NCBI GenBank assembly: GCA_963422735.1
Contig: OY730476.1
Span: 4,640,001-4,704,000 of the forward strand
Source of the DNA: Candidatus Latescibacterota bacterium
GTDB lineage: Bacteria > Latescibacterota > UBA2968 > UBA8231
Length of the DNA: 64,000 nucleotides
Direction: 5' to 3'
The notes beneath the pieces are model-generated. The model saw only the letters and a program-made list of their open reading frames with translations. It made no database searches and was not told where the DNA came from. Shown in pieces: positions 29,337 to 39,871 of the stretch (its first letter is position 1; every line of letters begins with the position of its first letter). A program made the translations under genes and the position numbers.

Positions 29337-30181
29337 TTTCCGGGACGACGCGGGTGCTCGGCGTCATCGGCGACCCGGTCGCACACACGGCGTCGCCGGC
29401 CATGCACAATGCTGCGCTCAGGGTGCTGAATCTCGACTATGCGTACGCGGCGTTCCGCGTCGCTCCCGCAGCCTTGCCCCAAGCTCTGGCTGGCATGTGC
29501 GCCCTCGGCATGGTTGGGCTGAATGTAACCGTGCCGCACAAACAGGCCGTCATGGCGCATCTCGATGAGATTTCCGCAGAGGCCCAAAGCATTGGCGCGG
29601 TCAATACCATTGCCAACCGCGATAGTCGGCTCGTGGGGTACAATACCGACGCCTTTGGGATCGTGCAAAGCCTCAAGGCCGATGGCGGTTTGGACCCGCT
29701 GCCGCCCAAGGTGGCGCTCCTCGGTGCGGGCGGCGCGGCGCGGGCCGTTCTCTACGCGCTGCTGGCGCGGGAGGAGGTGGAGGAGGTGCTGCTGCTCAAC
29801 CGCACGGTGGAAAAGGCCGCAGCCCTCGCTGACGACCTCGACAGCGCTGGCAAGGTACGAATCGGGTCGCTGGCAGAGACTGGGCCAATCGGGGACGCTG
29901 GTTTGCTCATCAATGCCACGGCGCTGGGGATGCACCCCCGCGCAGACGTTTCGCCGCTTAAGGACCCGTCGTGCCTGCACGAGCGCATGCTGGTCGCCGA
30001 CATTGTGTACAACCCCTTGAAGACCTTGCTCATGCAGCAGGCCGCAGCCGCTGGTGCGGCCGCGATCAACGGCTTGGGTATGCTCGCCTATCAGGGTGCT
30101 CGCTCGTTTGAGATCTGGACGGGTGTCGAGCCGCCGGTCGAGGCGATGGTCGCGGCCGCACTGGAGCATTTCCCTGCTTAG
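29333..30181 (+). CDS. aroE: Shikimate dehydrogenase
   Basis: SPAMHN, NVTVPHK, GAVNT, NTD, GAGGAARA, DIVYNP, GLGMLAYQG. Confidence 0.95.
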   Translation: MISGTTRVLGVIGDPVAHTASPAMHNAALRVLNLDYAYAAFRVAPAALPQALAGMCALGMVGLNVTVPHKQAVMAHLDEISAEAQSIGAVNTIANRDSRLVGYNTDAFGIVQSLKADGGLDPLPPKVALLGAGGAARAVLYALLAREEVEEVLLLNRTVEKAAALADDLDSAGKVRIGSLAETGPIGDAGLLINATALGMHPRADVSPLKDPSCLHERMLVADIVYNPLKTLLMQQAAAAGAAAINGLGMLAYQGARSFEIWTGVEPPVEAMVAAALEHFPA

Positions 30182-30214
30182 ACCGCTGGTTGGATGGACG
30201 GCATTAGATAACGC

Positions 30215-31930
30215 ATGATAACCGAATCATTAGAAACTCGCATCAGCGCGGCCTTGGCCCGAGCGGGTGCGCCCGCCGATTCCCCGGCCCTCGTCGGCCC
30301 GGCCACCCGCCCGGAGTTCGGCGACTACCAGGCCAACGGAGTCATGGCCGCGGCCAAGAAGCTGAAGGCCAACCCTCGCGCACTCGCCGCTCGGGTCGTG
30401 GAAAAACTCGATCTAGAGGACATGGCTGCGTCCGTAGATATCGCTGGCCCAGGCTTTATCAATATCCAACTCAAGGGCGAGTGGTTGGCCGCGCAGCTAG
30501 GGAGTGTGCTGGCCGATCCGCGACTGGGCGTGCCCAAGGCCGCGCCGCAAAAGGTCGTAATCGACTACTCGCATCCCAATTTGGCCAAGGAAATGCACAT
30601 CGGCCATCTGCGTAGCACGGTCATCGGCGATGCCATAGCCCGCGTCCTCGAATTCTCGGGCCACGAGGTCGTGCGCCACAATCACGTAGGCGACTGGGGG
30701 ACGCAGTTTGGGATGCTCCTCGCCCACTTGGACCAATTTGCGGACCCGGCCACGAAATTGGCTGATCTAGAAGTATTCTACCAATCGGCGCGTCAGCGCT
30801 TTGATCGGGACGCGGCCTTCGCCGACCTGTCGCGGGAATACGTGGTCAAGTTGCAACGCGGCGACCCGCACGTGCAGCGGATGTGGCAGCAGTTCATCGA
30901 CGAGTCGCTCGCCCACGGCCAGCGCATATACGCCGCGCTAGGGGTCGGCCTTGAGCCAAAAGATGTGCGGGGCGAGAGCGCGTATAACGACGACTTGCCC
31001 CGCGTAGTCGAGGATTTGCAGGCCAAGGGCTTACTTGTGGAGTCCAACGGCGCGCGGTGCGTTTTCTTAGAGGAATTCCAAAACAAGGACGGCCAGATCA
31101 CGCCGGTAATCGTGCAGAAGTCGGACGGCGGCTACCTCTATGCGACCAGCGACCTCGCGGCCGTGCGCTATCGGGCCGGTGCGCTCGCGGCCGACCGCAT
31201 CCTCTACATCGTGGATGCGCGCCAGTCGTTTCACTTGCAGCAGGTCTTCGCAGTGGCGCGGGCGGCCGGGTACGCGCCTGAGACGACCGCTTTGGAGCAC
31301 CACTCGTTTGGCGCGATTTTAGGCGCGGACAATCGGCCGTTCAGGACGCGGGCCGGCGGTGCGGTCAAGCTGATGGACGTACTGGAGGAAGGCGTGGCGC
31401 GGGCCTTTGCCCAAGTGAGTGCGAAAAACCCGGCGATGGACGAGGCCGAGCGGCGACAGATCGCCCGCGCGATTGGCATTGGCAGCGTCAAGTACATGGA
31501 ACTGTCGTTCAACCGCACCTCGGACTACGTGTTCGACTGGGACAAGATGCTGGCCCTCGACGGCAACACCGCTCCGTACATGCTCTACTCGTATGCCCGC
31601 ATCAAGAGCATGTTCCGCCGCGCCAACGTGGATGAAGGGGCACTCGGCGGTGAGATACTCGTCGGCGAGAGGGCCGAGAGGGCGCTCGCCATCAAGCTGT
31701 TGCAGTTTCCCGAGCAGGTCGCGGCCGTGGCTCGCCAGTGCTATCCGCACGTGCTTTGCACCTATCTCTACGAGTTGGCCGATGCCTTTATGAAGTTTTA
31801 CGAGCAGTGCCCGGTCCTCCGCACGGCCGAGCCGTTGCGCACGAGTCGGCTGCTGCTGGCGCTGTTGACCGCGCGCATCCTGCGCGAGGGCCTCGACCTG
31901 CTCGGCATCGAGACGCTCGAGAGAATGTGA
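30215..31930 (+). CDS. argS: Arginine--tRNA ligase
   Basis: FGDYQAN, PNLAKEMHIGHLRS, GDWGTQFG, GNTAPY, DALR-type C-terminus ending ERM. Confidence 0.97.
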   Translation: MITESLETRISAALARAGAPADSPALVGPATRPEFGDYQANGVMAAAKKLKANPRALAARVVEKLDLEDMAASVDIAGPGFINIQLKGEWLAAQLGSVLADPRLGVPKAAPQKVVIDYSHPNLAKEMHIGHLRSTVIGDAIARVLEFSGHEVVRHNHVGDWGTQFGMLLAHLDQFADPATKLADLEVFYQSARQRFDRDAAFADLSREYVVKLQRGDPHVQRMWQQFIDESLAHGQRIYAALGVGLEPKDVRGESAYNDDLPRVVEDLQAKGLLVESNGARCVFLEEFQNKDGQITPVIVQKSDGGYLYATSDLAAVRYRAGALAADRILYIVDARQSFHLQQVFAVARAAGYAPETTALEHHSFGAILGADNRPFRTRAGGAVKLMDVLEEGVARAFAQVSAKNPAMDEAERRQIARAIGIGSVKYMELSFNRTSDYVFDWDKMLALDGNTAPYMLYSYARIKSMFRRANVDEGALGGEILVGERAERALAIKLLQFPEQVAAVARQCYPHVLCTYLYELADAFMKFYEQCPVLRTAEPLRTSRLLLALLTARILREGLDLLGIETLERM

Positions 31931-31940
31931 GGCGTGAGCC

Positions 31941-32474
31941 GTGGCGAAAGGGCCGGTATTTCTAACTGGTTTTATGGGCGTGGGCAAGACCCGGGTCGGG
32001 CGCATTCTGGCGCGGCAGCTAGGGCGTTGCTTCTTGGACACCGACCGGATGGTCGAACAGCGCGCCGGCAAGTCCATTGCGGAGATTTTCGCCGACGGAG
32101 GCGAGGCGCACTTCCGCCAGCTAGAGCGCACCTGCGTCCTCGCAGCCTGCCGGCGCTCGGATGCCGTAGTGGCCTTGGGTGGTGGGGCGATCACCTGCGC
32201 CGACAACGTCGCGGCCGTGCGCTGCGCTGGGGTCTTGGTCTGCCTCAAGGCCGACGTGGATACAATTTTCGCCCGCGTCAGCCGCCGTTCTAATCGCCCC
32301 TTACTCGCCGGATTGGAGCCTTCGGCGCAGCGCGCCAAGATAGAGTCCCTGCTCCGCGAGCGCGCTCCTTACTACGACCAAGCCCACATCGAGCTGTACA
32401 CTACGCAGGTGCAGACGCCCGAGGACACAGCCGGGCAGCTTCGCGACTTACTGGAGAGCTATGCAGAGAATTGA
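31941..32474 (+). CDS. aroK: Shikimate kinase
   Basis: GFMGVGKT, DTD, GEAHFR, LGGG, RPLL. Confidence 0.95.
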   Translation: MAKGPVFLTGFMGVGKTRVGRILARQLGRCFLDTDRMVEQRAGKSIAEIFADGGEAHFRQLERTCVLAACRRSDAVVALGGGAITCADNVAAVRCAGVLVCLKADVDTIFARVSRRSNRPLLAGLEPSAQRAKIESLLRERAPYYDQAHIELYTTQVQTPEDTAGQLRDLLESYAEN

Positions 32475-33558
32475 CTTACCCGTCGCCGGGGCGGCATACC
32501 CCATCTTTGTCGGCCACGACATTCTCGGGGAGCTGGGGCCGCGCTGCCGGGATGTGGCCTTGGGCCGGCAGGTCGCGCTGGTGACCGACGAGGTCGTGGC
32601 TGCGCGCTACCTGCAACCCGCGGCCGCCAGCTTGCGCACCGCTGGGTTCGAGGTGTTGGAGGTTGTTTATGCCGGGGGTGAGAGTGCCAAGACCTTGCGC
32701 GGGGCCGAGGGCATTTTCGCGCAGATGATCGAGGCCGAGTTCGACCGCGGCGCTTGGGTGGTGGCCCTTGGCGGGGGCGTAGTCGGCGACATGGCCGGCT
32801 TTGTGGCTTCCACCTATTTGCGCGGCGTGCCCTATGTGCAGGTGCCTACGACCATCGTCGCGCAGGTGGATTCGAGCATCGGCGGCAAGACTGGGGTCAA
32901 CCACGCGCTGGGCAAAAACCTGATCGGCACCTTTTATCAGCCGCGTTTGGTCTTGGCCGATACGAATGCACTGCACTCACTGCCGAGGCGGGAGCGGGTC
33001 GCGGGCATGGCCGAGGTGGTCAAACACGGGCTGATCCGCGATGCCGCGCTCTTCGCCTTTTTAGAGGAGCACTTGGAGGAGGTCGTGGATATGGTGCTGG
33101 CACCGGCGACCTTGGACTGGCTCATTGGCCGCAATGTCGAGATCAAGGCCGAGGTGGTGGCCGCCGACGAGAAGGAGCAGGGCTTGCGGGCCATACTCAA
33201 TTACGGGCATACCATTGGGCACGCGATTGAGGCCGCCACGAACTACGGCCGCTATCGGCACGGAGAGGCGGTGATTTTGGGCTTGATCGCCGCGGGCGAA
33301 ATCGCCTGCTGCGAGGGGTTTTGGCCCGAAGCAGAAAGGCAGCGGCAGGATGCGTTGCTGGAGAGGCTGGGGGTACCTAGGGGGTTAGCCGAGGTGGAGG
33401 CGGAGCGGATTTTGGCCTGTGCCAAGGCCGACAAAAAGCGCGTGGATGGGCAGCTGCGGTTCGTGCTGGGTCGGCGGATTGGGGAGGTGGAGATTGCCGA
33501 AGGCGTGGGGGAGGAAGCGGTGAGAGCGGGGATTGAGTACGTGCAGCAGAAGTACTGA
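32461..33558 (+). CDS. aroB: 3-dehydroquinate synthase
   Basis: GGGVVGD, VDSSIGGKTG, KNLIG, LNYGHTIGHAIE, HGEAV. Confidence 0.96.
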   Translation: MQRIDLPVAGAAYPIFVGHDILGELGPRCRDVALGRQVALVTDEVVAARYLQPAAASLRTAGFEVLEVVYAGGESAKTLRGAEGIFAQMIEAEFDRGAWVVALGGGVVGDMAGFVASTYLRGVPYVQVPTTIVAQVDSSIGGKTGVNHALGKNLIGTFYQPRLVLADTNALHSLPRRERVAGMAEVVKHGLIRDAALFAFLEEHLEEVVDMVLAPATLDWLIGRNVEIKAEVVAADEKEQGLRAILNYGHTIGHAIEAATNYGRYRHGEAVILGLIAAGEIACCEGFWPEAERQRQDALLERLGVPRGLAEVEAERILACAKADKKRVDGQLRFVLGRRIGEVEIAEGVGEEAVRAGIEYVQQKY

Positions 33559-33709
33559 GGTGGTGCGGTGCCGAGGGAGCTTCGGGCCGCTTCAGCGAGC
33601 CGCAGCAGTATAGTATAAGGTTATGCCGATGCGGAACACGCACACCAACAAAGAGCTATCAAGCTAGGCGGGCGCCGGCGTGGAGGTCAAATACAAGGAG
33701 TCAGAAATC

Positions 33710-36079
33710 ATGTGCAAAAGTCTCTTTGCTGGGTCTATCCTACAGGCTGGCAGTTTGTGGCTAGAGATGCGCTCGGGCGGCTCCAGAAGGCCCGGTTGGC
33801 ACCGGGTATTCGCCCTAGTCTTGGTCAACCTGACGGCCTTGGCATCGCTTGCCCATTCGCAGGAGGCAGGGCGCGTCGGCTCCATCAGCGGGCGCGTAGT
33901 CGATGCGGCCACCCAACAGCCGCTACCGGGGGCCAATATCGCCGTCATCAGTCATCCGCTCGGAAGCAGCGTTGGAGAGGATGGCCGCTTTGCCATCGCA
34001 GGTGTTCCCGTCGGGTTGCACCGCCTGCACATCTCGATGATAGGATACGAGACGGCTATTCGGCCCGACGTCGTGGTGCGCTCCAACCGCATCACCTCCG
34101 TGCAGATCGAACTGGATGAGACGACCCTTGGCATGGGCGAGGTGGTGGTTACGGCCGATTACTTCTCGGCCATTGAGGAGGAGGCCGTCAGTACTGTCAA
34201 CTTCAACTTCGAGGAAATCAGACGCTCTCCCGGCGCGGCCGGCGACATCAGCCGCTTGGTGCAGGTGCTGCCCAGCATCAATATGAACACCGACCAGCGC
34301 AACGACCTGATCGTGCGCGGCGGCAGCCCGGCGGAAAACCTCACCATCATCGACAACATCGAGATCCCCAACATCAACCACTTCCCCACGCAAGGGGCGT
34401 CGGGCGGGCCGATCGGGTTGCTCAACACCGATCTTATTGCCGACGTCAGCTTCTACGCCGGGGGCTTTTCGGCCGAATACGGAGACCGCCTGTCCTCGGT
34501 GATGGTCGTCGACCAGCGCGAGGGCAATCGCGAAGAATTCGACGGAGAAGTCAACCTGGGGATGGCCGGTGCCGGCCTCATCCTCGAAGGTCCGGTCGGC
34601 CGGCACAAAGGTTCGTGGATCTTGTCGGCGCGGCGCAGTTATCTCGACTTGATAGTCAACGCCATCGGCACGGGAGCGGTGCCCAAGTACAGCGATGTGC
34701 AGGCGATGGCAACGTATGACCTCAAGCCCGAACACCAGCTCGAATTGCTCGCCATCAGCGGCTTTGACACCATCGACTTCTCGCCTGACGAAGGGGCGCA
34801 GGACGATTTTGTCGCCTCCGCCACCGATCAGTACATCGCTGGTGCTAACTGGCGCTGGTTGTGGAGCGCAAAAGGGTACGCGGAAACATCGCTGGCCTAC
34901 ACGCGCGGCGACTACAGCGTGAAGACGCTGGATGGCGAAACTCGACAGGAGCTTTTTAACAACGACTCGCACGAGCAGAAGCTCGCGCTGCGCAGTAACT
35001 GGTACTTCGCACCGCGCCCGGGTAGCGCGGTGAAATGGGGAATAGTTGCCCGCCGCTTGTTTAGCGACTTCGATATGTTCAACGTCGCCGCCAGGAACCG
35101 AGTCAACAAGCTCGAAGATGAGTTGCAGCTACGAGAAGAGGCAACGACCACTAAGCTGGGTGCCTTTGCTTCTCTTCAACAATCACTCGGTGCGCGGCTG
35201 TCGGCGACGGTTGGCGCTCGCCTCGAATACTTCGATCTGAATGAAGAGTTCAACTGGTCGCCGAGGATCTCACTCGCTGGCGAGCTCGACGAGCGCACCA
35301 CGCTCACGGCCGCCTTTGGTATCTACTACCAGAGTCTGCCGTCGTTGCTTCTCGTGCAGCATCCCGACAACCGCAGGCTGGAAAACCCTCGCGCCGATCA
35401 CTTTGTCGTCGGCCTGCGGCGTCGCCTCACCCCCAACACGCTGCTCAGCGTGGAGGCCTACCAGAAAAACTACGCAGAATCCCCTTTCGACCCGGACGAC
35501 CCCACCATACTCATCGTTGATTCCTTCGCCGACTTTCCCACTCCCGTCCCCGGTCGTCTGGTGGGCGGTGGCAAGGCGCAGTCGCGCGGAGTGGAATCGC
35601 TGATTCAGAAGAAACTCGCCGAGGAGGTGTACGGTACGCTCAGCTATGCGTACTCGATTTCCCAGTACACGGATCGCAACGGGGTTGAGCGCAACCGCAC
35701 ATTCGACAACCGCCACCTCGTCTCGCTAATTCTCGGATACCGGCCGTCAGACCGCTTCGAGTACAGCGTGCGTTGGCGCTACGCCGGGGGGCGTCCGTAC
35801 ACGCCCTTTGACCAAGAGCTGTCAAAGCAGCTAGGGCAGGCAATCATCCAACGAGATCGCATCAACGCCGAGCGCTACCCGGCCTATCACCGGCTCGATG
35901 TGCGCTTCGACTACCGCAAGCACTTTGAAAACTTTAACCTAGTGAGTTTCTTCACTGTTTTGAACGCCTACAATCGCGCCAATATCTTCATGTACCGCTG
36001 GGACAGCGACGAGAGCCGCGTCAAGCGCATCAACCAGTGGAGTATTTTACCTGTTGGCGGGTTCGAGCTGGAGTTTTGA
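33710..36079 (+). CDS. TonB-dependent receptor with N-terminal carboxypeptidase-regulatory-like domain
   Basis: GRVVDA..QPLPGANI, plug IVRGG..EN, GGFSAEYG, beta-barrel, C-terminal Phe. Confidence 0.9.
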   Translation: MCKSLFAGSILQAGSLWLEMRSGGSRRPGWHRVFALVLVNLTALASLAHSQEAGRVGSISGRVVDAATQQPLPGANIAVISHPLGSSVGEDGRFAIAGVPVGLHRLHISMIGYETAIRPDVVVRSNRITSVQIELDETTLGMGEVVVTADYFSAIEEEAVSTVNFNFEEIRRSPGAAGDISRLVQVLPSINMNTDQRNDLIVRGGSPAENLTIIDNIEIPNINHFPTQGASGGPIGLLNTDLIADVSFYAGGFSAEYGDRLSSVMVVDQREGNREEFDGEVNLGMAGAGLILEGPVGRHKGSWILSARRSYLDLIVNAIGTGAVPKYSDVQAMATYDLKPEHQLELLAISGFDTIDFSPDEGAQDDFVASATDQYIAGANWRWLWSAKGYAETSLAYTRGDYSVKTLDGETRQELFNNDSHEQKLALRSNWYFAPRPGSAVKWGIVARRLFSDFDMFNVAARNRVNKLEDELQLREEATTTKLGAFASLQQSLGARLSATVGARLEYFDLNEEFNWSPRISLAGELDERTTLTAAFGIYYQSLPSLLLVQHPDNRRLENPRADHFVVGLRRRLTPNTLLSVEAYQKNYAESPFDPDDPTILIVDSFADFPTPVPGRLVGGGKAQSRGVESLIQKKLAEEVYGTLSYAYSISQYTDRNGVERNRTFDNRHLVSLILGYRPSDRFEYSVRWRYAGGRPYTPFDQELSKQLGQAIIQRDRINAERYPAYHRLDVRFDYRKHFENFNLVSFFTVLNAYNRANIFMYRWDSDESRVKRINQWSILPVGGFELEF

Positions 36080-36099
36080 AAAAGAAAGCCGCCAATAAG

Positions 36100-37419
36100 A
36101 TGAGCAAAAAAAAGCCGCAGAAGGTCCATCTAGTCAGCTTGGGATGTCCAAAAAATACAGTGGACTCCGAGCGGATGCTGGGGCTTTTGCAAGGCAATGC
36201 GTATCAAATGACGGACGCGCCGGAGGCAGCGGATGTGGTGGTGGTCAATACCTGCGGGTTTATTGGCCCGGCCAAAGAGGAGTCGATTGACGCGATTGTG
36301 GCAGCGCATCGGCTCAAGGAAGAAGGCCAGTGCAAGGGAGTGGTCGTCACCGGATGTCTTTCGACGCGCTACTATGAGGAACTGGCGCAGGAGCTGGTGG
36401 AGGCCGACAAACTTTTGACCATCGCCGACGAGGTCGATATCGTCCGCCACATCGACGACGTATTGGGTGTGCAACGGCCCGACTACTTAGCTAATTTGCC
36501 GCGAACCTTGCTGACGCCCAAGCATTGGTCTTATCTGCGCATATCGGACGGCTGCGATCACCACTGCGCCTTTTGCGCTATTCCCGCGATCCGCGGGCGG
36601 CACAAAAGCGAGCCGATTGAGCAGCTAGTGGCCGAGGCCGGGCGGCTGGCCGCGGCTGGGGTGCGAGAGTTGGTGCTGGTCTCGCAGGATTCGGTGCGCT
36701 ACGGGGCCGATCTCTACGGTCGTCCACAGCTCGTGCGCCTCTTAAAAGCACTCGCCGAGGTGGAGGGCATTGAGTGGATGCGCTTAATGTACACCTATCC
36801 GGCGTTCTGGACCGAGGAACTTATTGACTTCTACGCTACTTGCGACAAGATGTGCCTGTACATCGACATGCCGCTACAACACATTTCCGACCCGGTACTC
36901 AAGCGCATGAAGCGGGCGACAACCCGCCAAAAGACGCTCGATTTGTTGGCGCGACTGCGGGCGCGGCTGCCGGGGGTCGGGTTGCGCTCGACGTTCATCG
37001 TCGGCTTCCCCGGCGAGACCGATGCCGATTTTGCCGCCCTGCTCGCGTTCGTGGCCGAGACGCGCTTTGACTACGCGACCGGCTTTCTCTACTCGCCGGA
37101 AGAGGGGACTTCGGCGTATGCGATGGGCGATTCGGTCGCCGAGGAGGTTAAGCAGGAGCGCTACAGCCGCCTGACGCAGCTGCAGGAGCGCGTGGGCACA
37201 GAGAAAAACGACGAGCTCGTCGGCACGCGGCAGGTGGTCTTGGTCGATGCGTGCGAGGGTCAGGTGTGCTATGGACGGATGGAGCGCGACGCCCCGGAAA
37301 TCGACGGCCAAGTCATCATCGCCGAGGGTACGCCTCCGGTGGGTTCTTTCGTCGAAGTGGAAATCGCCGCAGCCGCGTCCTACGAGCTGAGCGCTAGGGT
37401 AGTGGGACAGCCGCGTTGA
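36100..37419 (+). CDS. rimO: Ribosomal protein S12 methylthiotransferase
   Basis: SLGCPKN, NTCGFI, CxxxCxxC (GCDHHCAFCAIP), TRAM domain DAPEIDG. Confidence 0.95.
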   Translation: MSKKKPQKVHLVSLGCPKNTVDSERMLGLLQGNAYQMTDAPEAADVVVVNTCGFIGPAKEESIDAIVAAHRLKEEGQCKGVVVTGCLSTRYYEELAQELVEADKLLTIADEVDIVRHIDDVLGVQRPDYLANLPRTLLTPKHWSYLRISDGCDHHCAFCAIPAIRGRHKSEPIEQLVAEAGRLAAAGVRELVLVSQDSVRYGADLYGRPQLVRLLKALAEVEGIEWMRLMYTYPAFWTEELIDFYATCDKMCLYIDMPLQHISDPVLKRMKRATTRQKTLDLLARLRARLPGVGLRSTFIVGFPGETDADFAALLAFVAETRFDYATGFLYSPEEGTSAYAMGDSVAEEVKQERYSRLTQLQERVGTEKNDELVGTRQVVLVDACEGQVCYGRMERDAPEIDGQVIIAEGTPPVGSFVEVEIAAAASYELSARVVGQPR

Positions 37420-37733
37420 ACAAGACAAAGCCGTGCGACATCGCCGTGGATGGCCAGGCCGGCGAGTTGGTCATCGCGTGGAACAATGGCCGCGAGAGCC
37501 GCTACAGCTTGGAGGGGTTGCGCCGCGAGTGTCCTTGCGCCCACTGTCGGGAATTGCGCGACACGGCCGAAGGCGGGTTGGCGCTCTTGCAACCCGAGGC
37601 CGTGTCGGCTACAGCCGAGGTGCGGGGGGTTAGCTATGTCGGGCGCTACGGCATTCGCATTGAATGGGCCGACAGGCACGATCACGGAATTTATACGTTT
37701 GAGTTTTTTCGCGCTTTAGACGCGGGCGGATGA
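37416..37733 (+). CDS. DUF971 (GBBH N-terminal-like) protein
   Basis: LRRECPCAHC, VGRYGIRIEW.D.H..GIY. Confidence 0.88.
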   Translation: MNKTKPCDIAVDGQAGELVIAWNNGRESRYSLEGLRRECPCAHCRELRDTAEGGLALLQPEAVSATAEVRGVSYVGRYGIRIEWADRHDHGIYTFEFFRALDAGG

Positions 37734-37760
37734 GGCAAGGCCGGTTTTGAGAATCGAGCG

Positions 37761-37788
37761 ACCACTCCCTAACGGGGGTGGTTTTTTT
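37761..37788 (+). terminator. Rho-independent terminator
   Basis: ACCACTCCC-TAAC-GGGGGTGGT followed by a T-run, between convergent genes. Confidence 0.8.
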
Positions 37789-39853
37789 ATGCCGCCTGAC
37801 GCACCGGAACGTCGCGGGGGGCGCGGGCGATCCACTGTTCGGCGAGGAGGAGGCCGAGGGCCAAAAGCAGGAATTCGCGCCACAACTCGCGGCCGTGGCG
37901 GTTGCCCAAGACCGCGAGGCGCAGGTCGTCGTCCGGGCCGAGGAAATGGACCTCCGCGCCCGCGAAAACGCGCCGTACGCGCTCGGGTGCTACGGACGCG
38001 AGCGCGGATTCGCGGACGTCGAAGTTGACGGCGAACGCATCAACCGCTGCGCCCGCAGCCCGCAGTCGCCAAATGCCGGCCTCGCCGACTTGGGGAATTT
38101 TCCACAAGTATTGGCCGCCGACGCGCTCCGGCTCCAAGCGCAGGCGCTCGCCCGACGGCGTCTCGGCCTCTACCGCGGCTTCCATTGGTATATCGGCCAA
38201 GCGGCGATATACCGTTTCTCCAACCAAATAGGTAGCGTGGCGGTCGGGCGGTAGGCTCAACTCGCGCACCAAGCGGTGCAGAAGGGGAGCGAACAGCCCG
38301 CGTCGGTGCAGGTCGTTCCACTGCGGGTCGCTGGGGAACGCCGCGAGCGCGAAGCGGCCCTGCCCCTGCCAAGCTAACGCCATGGCGAGTTGCCCGTCGC
38401 CGAAGCGGGCCAAGGGCAGAAGGCTGGGCGTGGGGACTATGGAGAAATAGGCGTAGAAGCGCGGTTGATCGCCGTCGCTGGCGAGGAGGTCGTCGAAAAG
38501 CTGATGGTGCGGCTCGTCCGCGTCTAGGACTTGATAGGTGGTCTCGTTGCCGGGCACACCGATCCGGTCTTTGAAGCGCCCGGGGGTCAGACCGGGCAAG
38601 AGATAGCGGTTGTAGTAGCCGAGGTCGCTATGTGGCGCGGGAAAGAGAACCACGCCTCCGCCAGAGGCGACGAACTCGTCCAAGTCCGCCTTTTGCGCCG
38701 CGCTCAGCCGCGCGAGGTTGCAGAGCACGAGCACATCCACTCCGGCCAGAGTGCTGGCGTCGAGATTGGCAAAGAGGTCGGTGCGAATTTCCATGACCGG
38801 ATCGGAGAGAGCGGCCGCCCCGAGTGCCCGGCGCACATAGTACGCGTCCTCGGGCCGCTCGCCCAACAACAGCGCGGTGATGGCAGTGGGCAGTTCGAGG
38901 GTGAAGTAGCATCGATTGTCGAGCGCGAGGGCATCGTCTGCGAGCGCGACGTGCCCGCTCAGCCGCCCGGGCCGTCGCGGCGAGAAGCTGAGTGCTACTT
39001 GAGTCGTGCCCGGCGTTCCGGGATCCACGCTCTGGCGGCGCACGCGCTGACCATCGACAAAAAGGTCGAGCGTTGTGCCTTCGCCGCTGTGCGCGATTTC
39101 GGTTTGCAAGGTGACCTTGGCGTCGGCGGTGAGCATCCAGCTCGGGGCCGAGACCCGCTTGACGTAGGCATTCGGTCGGGTCGGGGCGCGAGGGCTAGCG
39201 ACATAGACGCGCGCGCCAGCAAAGGATGGAACCGAGTCGTCGAGTTGATCCCAGTTGTATTGGGCCAGATCAGTAAAAATAAAAAGTTCGCGCGCTAGGG
39301 GAGATTCTTGATTTAAGCGTTGGGCCGCCGCGTATAAGGCCGCACGCAAATCCGTCGCCTCTTGCGTCGGCGCGAGCTTGGCAATGCGCTCGGCCAAGTA
39401 GGCGCGGTCGCCGGCAAAAGGAGGGTAGGGCCGTTGGGCGAAAGGCTGTACTGCCACTTGATCGCGCGCGGGTAAAATGGTCAGCAGGTCGCCGAGCTGG
39501 CGTTGGAGTTGGTCGAAGAGGGAGCCAGAAGGCTGTTGGTAGCGGGTGCTGTACGACAAGTCCAAGAGCGCGTGAACGGCCACCGGGCGATCCCCACCTC
39601 CCCATCCGCCGCCGGCCTGATACGTCGGGCGGGCAAAGGCACAGACGATGAGCGCGATGATAAGTGTGCGCAGCAAGAGGACCAGCCACTGGCGCAGTTG
39701 GAGCCGCCGCATGCGGTTTTGCTGTAGCTGGCGCAGAAAGGCGAAGTCGCTGAAAGGATGGGGCTGGGCGCGCCCTCGATGCAGCAGGTGGATGGCTAGG
39801 GGAAGGGCTGCCGCGACTAGTCCGAGGAGGACTGCGGGATTGAAAAACTGCAA
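37787..39853 (-). CDS. BatA-domain (aerotolerance regulator N-terminal)/vWA membrane protein
   Basis: MQFFNP..LLGL...PLAIHLL, LLLLRTL..FARP, DLSYS vWA, DALALDN, C-terminal ELW...LLLAEQW. Confidence 0.85.
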   Translation of the reverse strand: MQFFNPAVLLGLVAAALPLAIHLLHRGRAQPHPFSDFAFLRQLQQNRMRRLQLRQWLVLLLRTLIIALIVCAFARPTYQAGGGWGGGDRPVAVHALLDLSYSTRYQQPSGSLFDQLQRQLGDLLTILPARDQVAVQPFAQRPYPPFAGDRAYLAERIAKLAPTQEATDLRAALYAAAQRLNQESPLARELFIFTDLAQYNWDQLDDSVPSFAGARVYVASPRAPTRPNAYVKRVSAPSWMLTADAKVTLQTEIAHSGEGTTLDLFVDGQRVRRQSVDPGTPGTTQVALSFSPRRPGRLSGHVALADDALALDNRCYFTLELPTAITALLLGERPEDAYYVRRALGAAALSDPVMEIRTDLFANLDASTLAGVDVLVLCNLARLSAAQKADLDEFVASGGGVVLFPAPHSDLGYYNRYLLPGLTPGRFKDRIGVPGNETTYQVLDADEPHHQLFDDLLASDGDQPRFYAYFSIVPTPSLLPLARFGDGQLAMALAWQGQGRFALAAFPSDPQWNDLHRRGLFAPLLHRLVRELSLPPDRHATYLVGETVYRRLADIPMEAAVEAETPSGERLRLEPERVGGQYLWKIPQVGEAGIWRLRAAGAAVDAFAVNFDVRESALASVAPERVRRVFAGAEVHFLGPDDDLRLAVLGNRHGRELWREFLLLALGLLLAEQWIARAPRDVPVRQAA

Positions 39854-39871
39854 GACGGGGAAGGGGCCGCG

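Noticed and set aside
33559-33709. Possible riboswitch upstream of the TonB receptor
   Set aside because: No cobalamin, TPP or other recognisable consensus seen
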